A stretch of 63,685 nt of DNA, counting the filler, from Gonapodya sp. JEL0774 (taxonomy: Eukaryota): assembly GCA_027604505.1 (NCBI GenBank). It is 24 parts of 24 records of this genome, joined end to end, with 100 filler letters (N's around TTAATTAATTAA, not from the genome) between each part and the next. Parts side by side here need not be neighbours in the genome. Positions count along the whole stretch, not along the records: positions 10,684 to 13,251 come from JADIIX010001838.1; positions 13,352 to 15,918 come from JADIIX010001839.1; positions 16,019 to 18,582 come from JADIIX010001840.1; positions 18,683 to 21,246 come from JADIIX010001841.1; positions 21,347 to 23,909 come from JADIIX010001842.1; 19 more parts are not named here. One strand, 5' to 3'. The notes beneath the pieces were generated by a model that saw nothing but the letters and a program-made list of their open reading frames with translations, was not told the origin of the DNA and did no database searches. Positions 10,684-24,009 of this stretch are shown here, in pieces; positions within the stretch are counted from its first letter, which is position 1; the number at the start of each line of letters is the position of its first letter. Position numbers and translations under genes: made by a program.

Positions 10684-13251
10684 TCAAAGTCGAAAGGAAA
10701 AGTCCGATATCTCGATCGTACCCCTCCACAGAATTCTCATCAAACGGGATCGCAACTTCCACGATCATTTCCGGCGACTCGCTCTTGTCAGCGGTGCCCA
10801 CACTTTTAAACAAACATTGGTCCATCCAAATATCATCCAGGTCACTTACTACACTGTCCGATTCACTTTCCACATTTTGCTCCAAACGAGATAGACCGTC
10901 GGCGACGGTATTCTTCTTGCCTTCGACATGTCGAGCTTCAAAATCGAATAACAGAATATAGGCTACAGCTCGAGTGAGCTGCGCCGAGGGCAGATCTGCT
11001 GGACCCTTGTTGATGATCTGGATCAGACTTCGAGAGTCACTGAATAAAATGAAATGTTTTGCGTAGAGATATCCCGCAAGTTTCTTGAAAGATCGTGAAG
11101 TTGCCAAAGTTTCAAGCAAGATGGTGGAGTATTTTAACTCCGCTCCTTTCCAGAGTCCCGACAGGAACCTGCAAGGTCGCAACCTCAGTTGCTCATCCTC
11201 TTGTCCCAGCCAAGATCCCCACCCTCGGTTAGACGCATCAGTCCAAACCTGAAGTGGCGGTGCATCATCATCACATTCTGGTGCTTTCAATACTGGTGCA
11301 TGCGTGATTGCATGCTTCAAATCATCAACTGCCAACTCCTGACGTACGCGATCCATCACCGCATTCTTTCGCAAACCTTCGTAAAGTGCTTCAGCTTTCA
11401 GAGAAAAATTTGGGATCATCATCCGATAAAAGATGACAACTCCCAGAAACATCCGGATTTCCGATGGTGTTCGCGGGTACGCAAGCTTCATTATTGCGTC
11501 CGCCTTCTTTCCTTCAATCCGTCGACCTTCAACATCACAGATATATCCAGTGATCTTTACCCCACGGCGCGCAACTTGCAACTTATGCACTGACACCGTG
11601 AGTCCCGATTCCACTAACGCTTCTAGCGATGCCCTTAAGTCGTTGGCATGCTCAAGAACAAATTGTCGGACTCCTGGTACTTGACTCATTTCGTCACCAT
11701 ATCTTGACTTAGGACCCGCCAATGGCAAGTCATCAATGAACGGGTACATTCGCCGAATCTTGCGCATGACCGCAGACAACCGAGTCTGAAACTCGGCAAC
11801 CGAATTCGCCATCCCCTGTACCAATCTTGCCCACCTTATTTGACCAATCACAGTCTGAATTGCGGTCTGGTTCCGCATCCTCGAATCTACAAGAATTTCG
11901 TCGTATCCAGAAAAGAGATCTAATATCGAGACGATAGCGGTGCCGGCGAAATACTCCGAGTGAAGATCAGCTGACGGTGGACGTCCAGAGTTTTTACGTT
12001 GATGAGAGTTCAATTTCTGGAGATCGATAATGAATCTCCACTGATTGTCGATTGGTTTTGACGAATCGACATTCTTCTTCCGTATGAAGAAGTAGGGATT
12101 GTTGTACGGTGACGCCGCATATTCTGCGATATGTGCATCTAGCTTATGATTAAAAAGAACAGTTTGCACCTCAGCGAGAGTGCAGTTAGGTTGTCGAAAC
12201 CCTACGTCCCAGGGTTCGTGTGACGTCATTTCCCACGTAACCGGCTTGTACCAATCCACACGTAAACACCCCATTTCGCTTATGTTAAACGCGATTGCTT
12301 TGCGATTCTCAAAAAATATTGCAACAAACAGATCGATCTCTTCTTTAGAGAGATCCATATTGACTCCAATAGAACTTCGAATAATTGCTTCCCTCTCAGA
12401 GGGTCCATTTGCGACATCCTTGATTTTCCCAACCTGGTGGCATTTCCACCTCCAGCACCTCTTCTCGCGAGTCTCTCATGATTCGATTGACGGGGTCACT
12501 TACGTCTTGATTGACCGCACGAACCTTTTGATCTTTCCTTTTGTACGCAGTTCTAATGTCAAATATCTTCCCACGTTCTGCCAAATCTTTGATTCGATCC
12601 ATCTCTTGGAACGTAAGACCTGTTGATGGCCCATAGAAGGTCTCACGCCCTTTTGGATTGTCTAACACTAACGGTAGTCGTGTCGCATGGTAGATTTCTC
12701 GTCGAATGCGTTCATTGGATATGGACGGTTTCTTCTGACGAGTTGTCGATCTCTTGTCCGCCATATCCGCTAAGAGATGTGAAACAATAGTAACCTCAGG
12801 AAATTCCTTTCGGAATTTCCTCTTCTTAACGCCGTGACCTCTGATCACCCTCTCCGAAGGAGAGTGATTGAGTTCATCATACGAAACACGAGAGCTCCCA
12901 ACCTCGGTCTGAACCCGGGGATCTTTCACCCCCTGAGGCCTCGGATGGGCCGCCTCCTCATCATCTTCCGTTGCCGGCGTCTCTTCAGTGATTACGGTCA
13001 ACTTATGCACAGGAGACTCGACGACCACCTCAGTCTCCATCCGCGGAGGTGTCAAGTTTCCTTGTTGATCCGTCCGTTCTCCAACATTCACTCCTTTCGC
13101 TTTCTTCCTTTTGGGACCCCAATCAGTCCAGCTCTCGACCCGCGATCTATTCGTCATAGGTCTCCCGCCCCCGCCCAACCGAAAATCCTGCGTCGGGGAA
13201 TGATCGTTCCCTTCATTCGCAAGTTCCGATGGATAAAGATTTATCTCCATT
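10684..13251 (-). mobile_element. pol: Ty3/Gypsy LTR retrotransposon pol fragment (RT + RNase H), truncated at both ends
   Basis: RT motifs WRFIIDLQKLN, LDLFSGYDEI, QGMANSVAEFQ and PFIDD. RNase H motifs WTDASNRGWG and HVEGKKNTVADGLSR. The upstream ORF (12396-13250) carries YKRKDQKVRAV. Confidence 0.95.
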
Positions 13252-13629
13252 NNNNNNNNNNNNNNNNNNNNNNNNNNNNNNNNNNNNNNNNNNNNTTAAT
13301 TAATTAANNNNNNNNNNNNNNNNNNNNNNNNNNNNNNNNNNNNNNNNNNNNGGTCAACGACGGCTCCCCGCCGTGTTTGCTGATAGCACGCCGGAGCGAG
13401 TGGGCGTGCGCCTTCTTGCGGAGAATGTGATAAGATTTTGGTTGAGCGGGAAACTGAAGTTTGAACCAAAGATTAGGAAACGGCAAGTGGCTCCTTCCGA
13501 CACACCTAAGAGAAAAAAGAGGACACCACGAGGTTCAAAACGGTGATGCATTACATATCTCAAATTTCGTGGTATCCGCTTTTGATAATAAACTTGACTT
13601 GTCGTGTGCGGAATTCGGTTCGGCGATGA

Positions 13630-15918
13630 CTCAAGACCTCGTGCTATCAGGTTGTTCGCCTGATGACCAATAACAGCAAATCGCTCTTTTGAAATCCTCT
13701 CCGAAATCCATTGCAAACGAAACCAGGTCATGTTTTTTCGCCCTCTCGACATCCTCCAGTTCCAGCATTTCGCCCATCCGAGACGCTTCCCAGAACTGAG
13801 GCTGTATCGGTTTCGGCGTCCCCGGAAGATCATCCTGGTCAGGTGAGTCAGGAAATACGGATAGCACATAGGAAAGGCGATTGTCTAGATAGGTAATCTT
13901 GATCTGACTGTGTTCTCATCGACTTCACTCGTCCCTCGTGCCGGATCTTCGTATTGTCGTGATCTTTCACATTGTCCAGGCACGGCGAAAGCGAACGCCA
14001 AATCGACGACACCATTCTCAGCCGCATGGTGCGTCTTTGCTCTGCTACCTTGGTTGATGTATCGCTTAACAACAACATGGTGCTGTATCTTCTCGACCCC
14101 GCGTTGGCAGGCTGATTGGAAAATCAACCTTACACCCAAGGGTCGCGAGCAGGCATTTGAAGTCGGCAAGCTGTTGAGAAAGCACTGCACAGAGAGGGAT
14201 AATGTGAGGTTTTGGATCAGCCCGTTTTACAGGTGAGTTTGGTCGATGTACACGGTGGGACCGGTGGCGACTAGTGAGCAGGGACGAAGTACATCGAGCT
14301 CGAAAATGGCCATCCCACTCCGCTTGCTACGCACTGCGAGCAGGAGTGCTCGTGAGGAAGGAAATGACGTTCTTCCTTCCGTATGTTCTGACACTATCTC
14401 CCTCATGTTCAACCCCGCCTTCTCCACAGAACTCGCCAAACATTCCAAGAGATCCAGAAATCCTTTCTGGGCATGCGTTATCACGTGTTTGAGGAGAGCC
14501 GGTTGCGGGAGCAAGGTGCTTCTCCATTCGATATATGCGGTACTATTCGTGTCGGATTTTCGGTCTAACAAGTGACGATCATTTGCACAACTGCGTGCAA
14601 AACCTCTTCCATGACGGAAAGATTGGGGCAACCTTCAAACCCCTGAGCTGATGCCTATTAGTATGTGGACACGTGGTCCATCGGATAATCATAAAACCTG
14701 ACCGAGGTGTCGTCTTCTTCCTCGATCAGTCAAGAAGGAACGTACCGATTATGGGCACTTGTAAGTATCTTTCGAGATTGCCAGACTGTCCCAGTATGTT
14801 CTCATCGATCTCCTCACACATACTCTTGTCCACCACACATTGTACCTCTCAGCTTCTACCGCTTCCCAAATGGCGAAAGTGGTGCGCAACTTCCCTTTAT
14901 CTTCGACTCTTCTCCCTCTTATCTTGAAATCTCACAATTTTTGACCTTATCGGTTTGACCACCTTTGCGCATCGGGTTGCATGGACGTTAGGTGCCGATG
15001 TTTTTGACCGCCTCTCCACATTTCTTGAAACCATGTGGCGGTCATTTTCGGCACCAAATCCACCAACAGTGGTAATAGTTGTTACTCATGGTCTTCTGGC
15101 GAGGTTGTTTTTGATGAGGTGAGTGGCGGTATATGCCGCGCATTCATCGTCAAAGAGAAAGTAGTTCTAATACTCCGCGATTCAGGTGGTACCATCTATC
15201 CGTGGAGCAATTTGAGCACATTCAAAATCTTGAGAATTGCCAAGCCAGTGGGTTGAAGACCTTTATCTTTTTGTCGCGCGAAAACCGTCGTCACTGTGAC
15301 CCTTGTTCTAATTCTTCCCATTCGTACTTGTCTCCTCCACAACCTGCTCCCTTCTCATTTCGCATCTCATATCTCGCATTCGTACATCTACTTTATCACT
15401 CGGTGAACGATAAATTGTATCTTCGGGGGATGCAAACTACCATCGCAGTCGTTATGTCTAGACGCCCCTCCGGCCGATACGAGCTTACAACGCCTTTATC
15501 TGTATGGCGAGAATCACACGGGGGATTGTCACCACCTGACGGAACTCCGAGCTTGGATCATCGAAGAGCGCTGTTACCCGCGCGATTAAGAAAGGACTTG
15601 GCCGATCATCCGACTGTGGAGCAAGAACACGGTCCCAAGGAGGTGCATTTGAGAAGTTTTGTTGATGCCGTGGGAGATTTGGTGAGGGGATTCGGAGGGG
15701 GGTTAGAGCGTGAGACATACGTACAAGAAGGAGGAGAGGAGCAGGCCGAGGAGCTGGAGAGGGTCAGACTGAGGAAAGAGATGGAAGACGGGGCGGGAGG
15801 AAGAAATATGGAAGAGGATAAGGAGTTGTTGAGGAGGCTGTTTTGGGAGGTGGAGGGAGGACTGGAAGACGAAGACGAGGATGAAGGCTCGATCAGCGCC
15901 GTCGTGCAGGCGGCGAGT
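13630..15918 (+). CDS. Histidine phosphatase / phosphoglycerate mutase-like protein (DET1-like), spliced, 3'-truncated
   Basis: Spliced PRKIILVR|HGESE (RHG motif), then LTPKGREQA, SPFYR, RLREQ|DWGN, FYRFPNGESG and RWYHLSVEQFE. The start is approximate. Confidence 0.85.
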
Positions 15919-16018
15919 NNNNNNNNNNNNNNNNNNNNNNNNNNNNNNNNNNNNNNNNNNNNTTAATTAATTAANNNNNNNNNNNNNNNNNNNNNNNNNN
16001 NNNNNNNNNNNNNNNNNN

Positions 16019-18582
16019 TGGTGAAGAGAGGATCTCAGAGTCATCCTGCCGGCATTGCCTGAAACTGAGTTGGACCACACCCACCAGCCCACTGACCACG
16101 AACAATCTGCCACTTTGGATCTGGGCGGCGCATTGCGAGCATCCAGTATGGATACCATGGTCACAACTAGTTCCCCTGGCGGGGATAGTGGGAAAGGAGG
16201 GCGGCAGCCAGGAGGGGAGTCCAGAACATCGCTCCTCGAAGAAGAGTCAAAGATCGATTTGTCCGTGCTCCAGGCCGCTGGCCCCCGAGGATGTGCGTGT
16301 AGATTGCACCTTTATAGTTTTTTACGTACATCTGCAGCTTCTGCTGAGGGTTTTTTTCTCGCGGGCTTATCGTTTTGCCCAATTCGATCTCCTCGTCTCG
16401 CGTCTCTCTGTGATACCAGCTACCGCCCAAGACAGGAAACAAAGAGGCTTTCAACGTACAGTGCTCGCCATTAATGAAATCGTTCAGAAGAAGCTTTATA
16501 AGGTTCGTTTTTGCTCCTGTTGAGGGATCACACATACCACATTCCACAGGACCGGGGATCCTCGTTTGTGACAGCCACGAAGAGAGGTTGAAACGAGGAT
16601 AGTCGACTTCAGAGTTGCGCAATCTGAGACCTCTCTCGTCTCTTCTTGCCTGGAAAGTGACCATTCGGTTTTCGCTTAATCGTTTCGAGCGCACCCCTTC
16701 GAATGGAATGACTTCGATTTGCATTCTAATACCACAACTCGTTCTTGTCGTTGATTCTAGGCAAAGTCCAATTCTCTTGAAGGCTACTTCCGTGAGCACT
16801 GGAAGATGTCCCGGGCTCAGGTCTATCGTTTCTTGGACTCCGCATACGTCCTCGCCGTAAGAGTTCTTTCCGTGTTTTAAACGCACGTAGGTTGCGTTTT
16901 TTGATTCTTATACATCGATTTTGTTTCCAGAGCCTCGAAGGTTTCGAGGATCTACCTTCTCGCGAGCGCATCTGCCGAGCCCTCAAGAAGCTATGCAAAA
17001 CACCACGTGAACTGCGCCTCCTCTGGGGACGCGTACTCGATCGGCACAAGGGAGGACTGGTCGATCAGCTCAACTCCACCTCCGTTTTGACAGCTTTCAA
17101 AGAGCTTGAGGCGTCCGGCGAGGTGGAGAAAGTGGACGGTGTCTCGGAGGTTGTTGTGGAAGCCGACGGGGATGACCCAGATGCAGATGGAAATGCGGGT
17201 GATCGCGACGGTGATCTGGACTTTGGCCCGTCGGATGAGACGGAATTTGCGGGTTCAGGCAATTTCGCGAGTTCCGCATCTTCCGCGAGTCCTCCGAACA
17301 TTCTCGACGGTAACCGTCCCTCGGGCGTGTCAGAATCTGATCACAACTACAATTCAAACATCTCCGACGATTTTGATTCTCTGATGGCCGGGTTTGCGGA
17401 GCAGATGAAAGGTGGCCAACCCGATTCCACACCTACTTCCGCAACCTCCTCCTCAGCCCACCTGACTACCGTTTCGCCCACGTCCAATAACATTCCATCC
17501 GTGTTTGGCCATATCCAAAGCGCTGCAGCCGAGGCATGGGAAGCGAGTGCTGCCGCAAAGAGGCGCTTGAGCATGGATCCGAGCGAATTTAATATCGGAG
17601 GGCCTCTCTCAGGTTCCCCAAAGGGCATTTTCGCCCCGAGTTTTGGCGGGACCCCGTTTTTGGGAGTCAGTCCCCATGCTGTGCAGGCTCAGACATCCTC
17701 CCCTCCGCAACAGTTTCCCAAGTATGGATCCTCCAGTGCAACATCAGCACCATCTACCGTGTCAGTACCTCTCAATCAAGGTCAAACGAGCACATCGTCA
17801 TCCGTGGCCAAACCCAAATCAGCTATGAAGCGCAAGAACTCCCTGAACCCTATGGAGTTCTCTGCAACGTTGGCTGAACTCGAAACGCAAACGTTGCTCG
17901 GTGTCCCCTTTCCATCGTCACGATCAGAAGCATCATCGACAGGTGTTCAAACGTCAACTAGGTCCAAGCCCATGCTTCAAAGACCGCCACCGTTGCCACC
18001 TACTCTCCAAGGTGCAACTCCCATGTCACCGTCGACAACATCTGCTGGAGGCACATCTGGACAGCAAAACGTGAACACTCATTTCAACTCGACCGGTCGG
18101 TCTCCGGGCAGTGGTCAGCAGCCACCTGGCATGAATCCACCCTGGAACGCACCATCACCGGTGTGGCGGTGGACTCCCCCCTCTTCGGCCTATTTGTCAC
18201 CGGACAATCACCTCATAGACGCTCTCGGTCTTTCCGATGGCACAGCTGCGGATGATCACGAAGTGCCTAGCGCGGATTTTTCGATGCTCACCAGTCTTTT
18301 GCACCATCTGTACGCCCGAGGGTATGCACTGTTTGGAAAGGTCGGTGGCGAATGGCGGGGTGACATTCTGGAGTGGAAAGTGGCACCATGGAATGGACAG
18401 ACTGGAAGGGGGGAGGACGGCAGACGAAGAGGAGAGGTTGCACTTACGGAAGCACCGAAGGTAGCGCATGCGGTGAATGCAAGTACACCTAACTTGATAC
18501 GGAACTCCGGGCAGCAAGGGAAAACGAAGGGTGCTGGCACGAATGGAACTAAGGGAGCATCCCGGACAACTCAACCGTCTCC
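16019..18582 (+). CDS. Hypothetical protein with a small N-terminal helical (putative DNA-binding) domain and a long Ser/Pro-rich disordered region; partial
   Basis: Exons ~16420-16502, 16761-16856 and 16931-18582 join in frame: FQRTVLAINEIVQKKLYK|AKSNSLEGYFREHWKMSRAQVYRFLDSAYVLA|SLEGFEDLPSRERICRALK. Confidence 0.7.
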
Positions 18583-18682
18583 NNNNNNNNNNNNNNNNNN
18601 NNNNNNNNNNNNNNNNNNNNNNNNNNTTAATTAATTAANNNNNNNNNNNNNNNNNNNNNNNNNNNNNNNNNNNNNNNNNNNN

Positions 18683-20912
18683 CATACGTATCGAACACAT
18701 GGATAATATTACGCCATCAACCATTGGTATGTTTATCATGCCTTGCGTTCCCGCCAAAGTGTGGGCTTCCAAATTCCGCCTGCCCTATTCTCTGCAGGAA
18801 TTGAGCTGGGGACAACGTACAGCACCATCGGTAAGGTTAATCGACTCATTCAATAATGATTCTGTGAGAGAGGGAGAAGAGCTCTCACAGCAAGACTCCT
18901 CTGATATGTTTCACTTCAAATTCGCAGGACTCAGGAAGGACGATCAAATCCATTTCTTGAAGGTTGATCACGACGCAATCGGCCTGGAAGCTGTCGAGGG
19001 AACATACGCATCGTGCTCCGCGGAAAATCAAGCTAAAGAAGTGCAGTTATGCGGCGTGAATCGCACTGGTGGGACAGCGCTGGCCGAAAAGTACGTGAAA
19101 GCTCATTTCGCGATTCTTAAGGAGAGAGCGGAGCTGTTTCTCAATTCTGAAGTCAAGAGCGCAGTGAGTTACGTAACAAGATACGACACTGGGTGGGCGT
19201 TTCGCGTACTTTGAGAGTATGATGTGTGAGCTCGAATTTCGCGCAGGTTGTGGCGATTCCCTGCCACTTTACTGATGCCCAACGACAGTTGATCAAAACC
19301 AATGGTGGCTCTGCTGGTCTTTGGAGTGAGTGTTTCAGTTTCGCCTTCACATGTCCGTCCGTCGATCTGTCGACTTCGCTCACACAACAAACATCTATGT
19401 TCAGTCGAGCGTATAGTACGAAGACCCATAATAGCCGGTATCGCACACGAGCTGCATGAGATCACTCAAATCAGGGATGGTGTGTCTTTTGCTCTCCACA
19501 CCCCCAAGTTTAGTGCCCTTAATTGAATCTCACAACCCTTCTCCCGGAACTCACAAAGTTCTCGTCCTGGACTTCGATAGAGAATATTGCACTTCAACGG
19601 TCCTAAATTGTGATGAAGGAATTCTCACAGTCGTTGCAACCAACAGGGTGGAATATGGAGGTCTGTCGGTGCAAGAGATGCGAGTATTCGTTGAAGGGGA
19701 ACTTAGGTGGTCGGTGGAAAAGGTGAGCGCACGGAGATGTTGACTATGAACATAAAAACATGGACTCTGAGTTGGACCTGGTGACTGTCGCAAATTCGTA
19801 CATTTCAACTGTCCGCAAAAGTTCGTTCAGGATTTTTAACCACTCATCCCCACGCCCATCAACACCTCACCAGACACTCCAAGAGGCGGAAGTTGACCCA
19901 GACACACTGCGTGATGTCATCGTCATAGGAGCATCCTCCGTCATCTCAGGAGTGAGGGACATCGTCGAAGTCTGGTACGGCAAAGCAAAGGTACGTGCGG
20001 AGGCGGAGGGCAAGTTTGACACCGATGATGCAGTGGGTGCGTTGACTATTATGGACCGCGATGTCTATCTCTGGGGCATTTAAGGTTTCCTGACAGCGTA
20101 TTTAACGTACCATTCCAGCCTATGGTGCCTTCATCCAGGCCCAGGTATTGCTCACCGAAAGATTTTCGGTCCCATCGAACATATGCGAGGCATTTTTGGA
20201 CTTGAGTTTGATCGGCGTAGGGATCGAAACCACTGGAGGAGTGGTCGAATAGTGAGAACTTGAACATTGAATTGGCAACAATTTTGCCGATAACCCAACA
20301 CTCCTTTCATCTACATCAGTATCATACCCCGCAATACCCGTTACCCGACGCGCAAAGTGTGTGTGTATTCCACGGCGACGGATAATCAAAGCACTGCTGC
20401 AATCAGGATTTATGAAGGGGAGAGACCAAGAGCGGAGCATTGTCGGTTGTTATGTGAGTCTTTTGAAAGAGCATGGTGATTGTGTCGAGTGTTGTTGAGT
20501 GAGGGGGCATCCGGCATCCTTGCTTCATCTGGTGCATCATTTTTGTTCAGGTTCCTTGACGGTGTCCGACCTTCCCCCTGCCCCTCGCGGCGTCCCGCGA
20601 ATCGAAATAACTTTCGAAATGGATAAAGACTACAAATTTCGAGTGGAAGCGCGCGAAGTGAGCACTGGTCGAGAGGTGTCGTGGGAATCAACTCAAGGAC
20701 TGTGGGTAGGCTGGCCTGCCGACGCACTCACACGCGTGTGCGACGTGAGTTTTGGACTTCTTCGGACTTGAATCTACTCAGTCAGGATGCTCACAGCTTC
20801 TTTCTTCTACTGATTCAGGAATCTAGACAGTTCGAACAGGAGGACGCAGAGGTGATCAGTGGTTGGACCGGAAGTGGCTTGTTGGAGGCTGCGACAAAGA
20901 CTGATGCGTAGA
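18683..20912 (+). CDS. Highly divergent Hsp70-family protein (spliced)
   Basis: VVAIPCHFTDAQRQ, PIIAGIAH, KVLVLDF, DVIVIGASS, GIETTGGV, YSTATDNQSTAAIRIYEGER and LPPAPRGVPRIEITFEMD occur in Hsp70 order. Confidence 0.8.
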
Positions 20913-21346
20913 CTATGTAGAATGAGAGCCTTCGTTTATTTCATATCTTATTTATTAGTTACAAAGTTTCGGACAACCTCACAGACATACCAAATATTTG
21001 TCGCGCGTCAGCCAAATGGGGAACATAACACAATCACACAATCCCAATGCTGAAAGTCGTTGTGAAACGCAAAAGCACTAACGATCCTTCAACAGAGAGT
21101 GGTTCGGCAGCAGCTCATGATGACCAGACAGAACCCAGTGACGATAGCGGGCGAATCGCGGTGGAAACCAACGATGTGTTCCCGGTAGCGCCAACCCCCA
21201 AAAAGACGGCGGAAGATGTGAAACCTACGATGGAAAAGCTGATCTANNNNNNNNNNNNNNNNNNNNNNNNNNNNNNNNNNNNNNNNNNNNTTAATTAATT
21301 AANNNNNNNNNNNNNNNNNNNNNNNNNNNNNNNNNNNNNNNNNNNN

Positions 21347-22193
21347 CTTGAGAGAGGATTTTGAAGCGAAATTTCAAGATAGAAAGCAATAACAGCAACT
21401 CACTCGAGGCAAAATGCGAGCTCCGGGTACTCCTTAATCTTCTCCACTGGAATCAGGAACCGGTACGCTTGGTCACCGCTAGGTTTGGCCGGATCGGGCT
21501 CTCCTGTGACGACACCCTTCACGATACTCTTGACACCGTCAGCGCCGATGAGAACATCTGCGGAGTAAGTTCTTCCATCGGATGTCTTGACCGATGCGTT
21601 GTCGCAATCGACGGAGGTGACGATCGAGTTGACGATCAGTTCGGCGGGCGGACCAGAATTTGGGGATGGCGAGGACAGAGTCGGCGCAATCGCTTCCGCG
21701 TGGAGGATGTTGAAATAGTCGGCTCGGTGAATGTGATAGTATGGTACTCTTTAGTGCGGGGAGGAGAAGTTGTGAACTTTGGAGGTTGCGGAATAGAGCA
21801 AGGACTACTCCTACCCGAACACATCTTCTGCATCGAATGGTGATTGAGACAGCGGGGCACAGTTATCGTATCTCCAGATTCTCGCGTTGATGGGTCTGTC
21901 AGACAAAATCGCAGACTCTGTTCAGTTCGCAATCCTTGTAGTATACATATGTTATCTGAAAGTTGAAACCGTCCTCACTTGCAAGCGACTTTTTCGAGTT
22001 TCTCCCTCAAACCCCACTTTAGAACAATCCGACTTGCGTTGGGTGGAATTTGGATTCCTGCACCGACTTCTCCAATCTGTGGGGCTCCTTCCAAAATCGT
22101 AACTTTCCACCCCTCCCGGCGGAGAGCGATTGCCGTGGCCAGTCCTCCAATACCGGCACCAACAATGAGAGCACTCCGTTGCTTGGGAGCCAT
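21347..22193 (-). CDS. FAD-dependent monooxygenase (salicylate hydroxylase-like), 3'-truncated
   Basis: N-terminal Rossmann motif LIVGAGIGGLATAIAL and EVGAGIQIPPNA. A later exon has ADVLIGADGVKS. Confidence 0.9.
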
Positions 22194-22539
22194 GGAGGAG
22201 TAAACTGAAAGATTGAACAGTTGTGCGATCGCTCATCCCTCCAAATGATTTCCGGGGGTGTTCAATAGCGCCGAGAGGGATGAATAATCAACCCCTACTC
22301 TCTGTGGCCTTTCTCCCCACAGCACCGCCATGGCACAACAGTCAACAAACAACGACGTTTAGCGTTGTCAGCATCCGGAAATATTCCAATGCTTTGGGAA
22401 CTGCAGACAATACTGAAATAGAGTCAGAGACGTTGAACGAAAGAATGAGTTGCCGGGGAAATCTCTGCATCTCAGTGTCTACTGGAAATCGTGTGGAGAC
22501 GACACAGCTTCACACTCTATTACAAGTCACTCCAATCTT

Positions 22540-23909
22540 TGTCAGTTTCGAGCAGCTCCCCCTGCATTGCTCTAATGCATTCCCGTTCATGGATGCGTGT
22601 ACAAATAGAAACAGCAAGAGTAATTACCACGAAAACAAAAACAGAGATTCTAAGCAGGTGAAGGTTTTGCTACTCGGCGCCACATTAAACCCAAAGGCTT
22701 TTCTAGGTTGATGCCCTGTCTTCGAATCTCCAAACGAACAAGGAAGATCATCAAGAGCGCCATACAGTTGCTCGCAAACCAAGTCCAGAGTCCCGGAGAA
22801 TAGTTTGGTGCGTCCCACGAGGGAAAAAGTTGAGGTCCGATGAAGTACGCAAGAGCATTACCAAGTAACACAACGGCAGAACCAAGGGCAGACGATGTCG
22901 AACCTGCGATGAGAACAACCGTTTAGTCGCACATCGCCAGTGCGCCGATGAAGAGAGTCTTACCTGCGACAGAGTTAGCACGGTACGCCCAGATAACGGG
23001 GAAACTCCACGCCTCTGCCGCAGTAAAGGTTGCGAACAAGAAGCGAACAACTAATATTAAAACGAACACGGGGTGTGAGGGGTATACTGCAGATCTGTTT
23101 GCCTCAATCCGAGAACTTTAAACTGCACCTGTGGGAACTGAATTGGGGTTCAATGACCCAATTCCGGTTATCAATGAGCTGACAGTGGCGATGGAAAGGG
23201 GGAATACGATGTGCCAAAATCGCTCTCGTGTCTGGCGAAGGAGTTGGAAAAGTTCTCTTAAATTATGGGTCCAACTCAAAACGAACAAAAGACTTCGTTA
23301 CCCACAAAGTCGGAGTGCAGCCCGTTGAGAACGGCGCCGAGGAAGGCAAACCAGTTGAAAGGAATCGATAAGAGGTTAATCTGAACGGGTGAAGTGTAGC
23401 CCAAACCCCTATGTTGAAAGAGACAAAAGATAATGTTAAACCTCAAAGTTTTTGCATGGAAGAAAATCACTGTATCCCAACCTGATCACGGTTGGAATGA
23501 ACGTCGTCCCAGATGCAGCGGGCATTGCGGCAAAGAAGTAGCAGAAGAAGAAGTAATACGTAAGGGGGTTTGAAATATCCTTGCGGAAGTCCGTCCAATC
23601 AAAGTCCTTGTCTGTACTCTTGGGCGCAGCGGGCGGCCTTTGTATTGGAACCGCACAGTTATTACGACGCTACGCAAAGGACAATGTTCGCTGTCGCAGC
23701 TTACATGCGAAGAATTGCAACACGTCTCTCTTCTTCTGTCAGGTACGTGGAAGGAGAGTGCGGGAATTCTAAAAGGATAAAGTATGCAACGACACCCAGG
23801 ACTACAGCGGGTATACCTGTAGAAAGGTCAGACTGAGCATCGTGTCACTCAAATTCGATGAAATCATAGCGACCGCACCCTCAAGAATGAAAAGCTTGGG
23901 GAATGTTCA
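22540..23909 (-). CDS. MFS transporter, anion:cation symporter / allantoate permease-like, 5'-truncated
   Basis: GIPAVVLGVVAYFILLEFPHSP..YLTEEERRVA and GNALAYFIGPQLFPSWDAPNYSPG, with several hydrophobic exons. The 3' end is approximate. Confidence 0.75.
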
Positions 23910-24009
23910 NNNNNNNNNNNNNNNNNNNNNNNNNNNNNNNNNNNNNNNNNNNNTTAATTAATTAANNNNNNNNNNNNNNNNNNNNNNNNNNNNNNNNNNN
24001 NNNNNNNNN

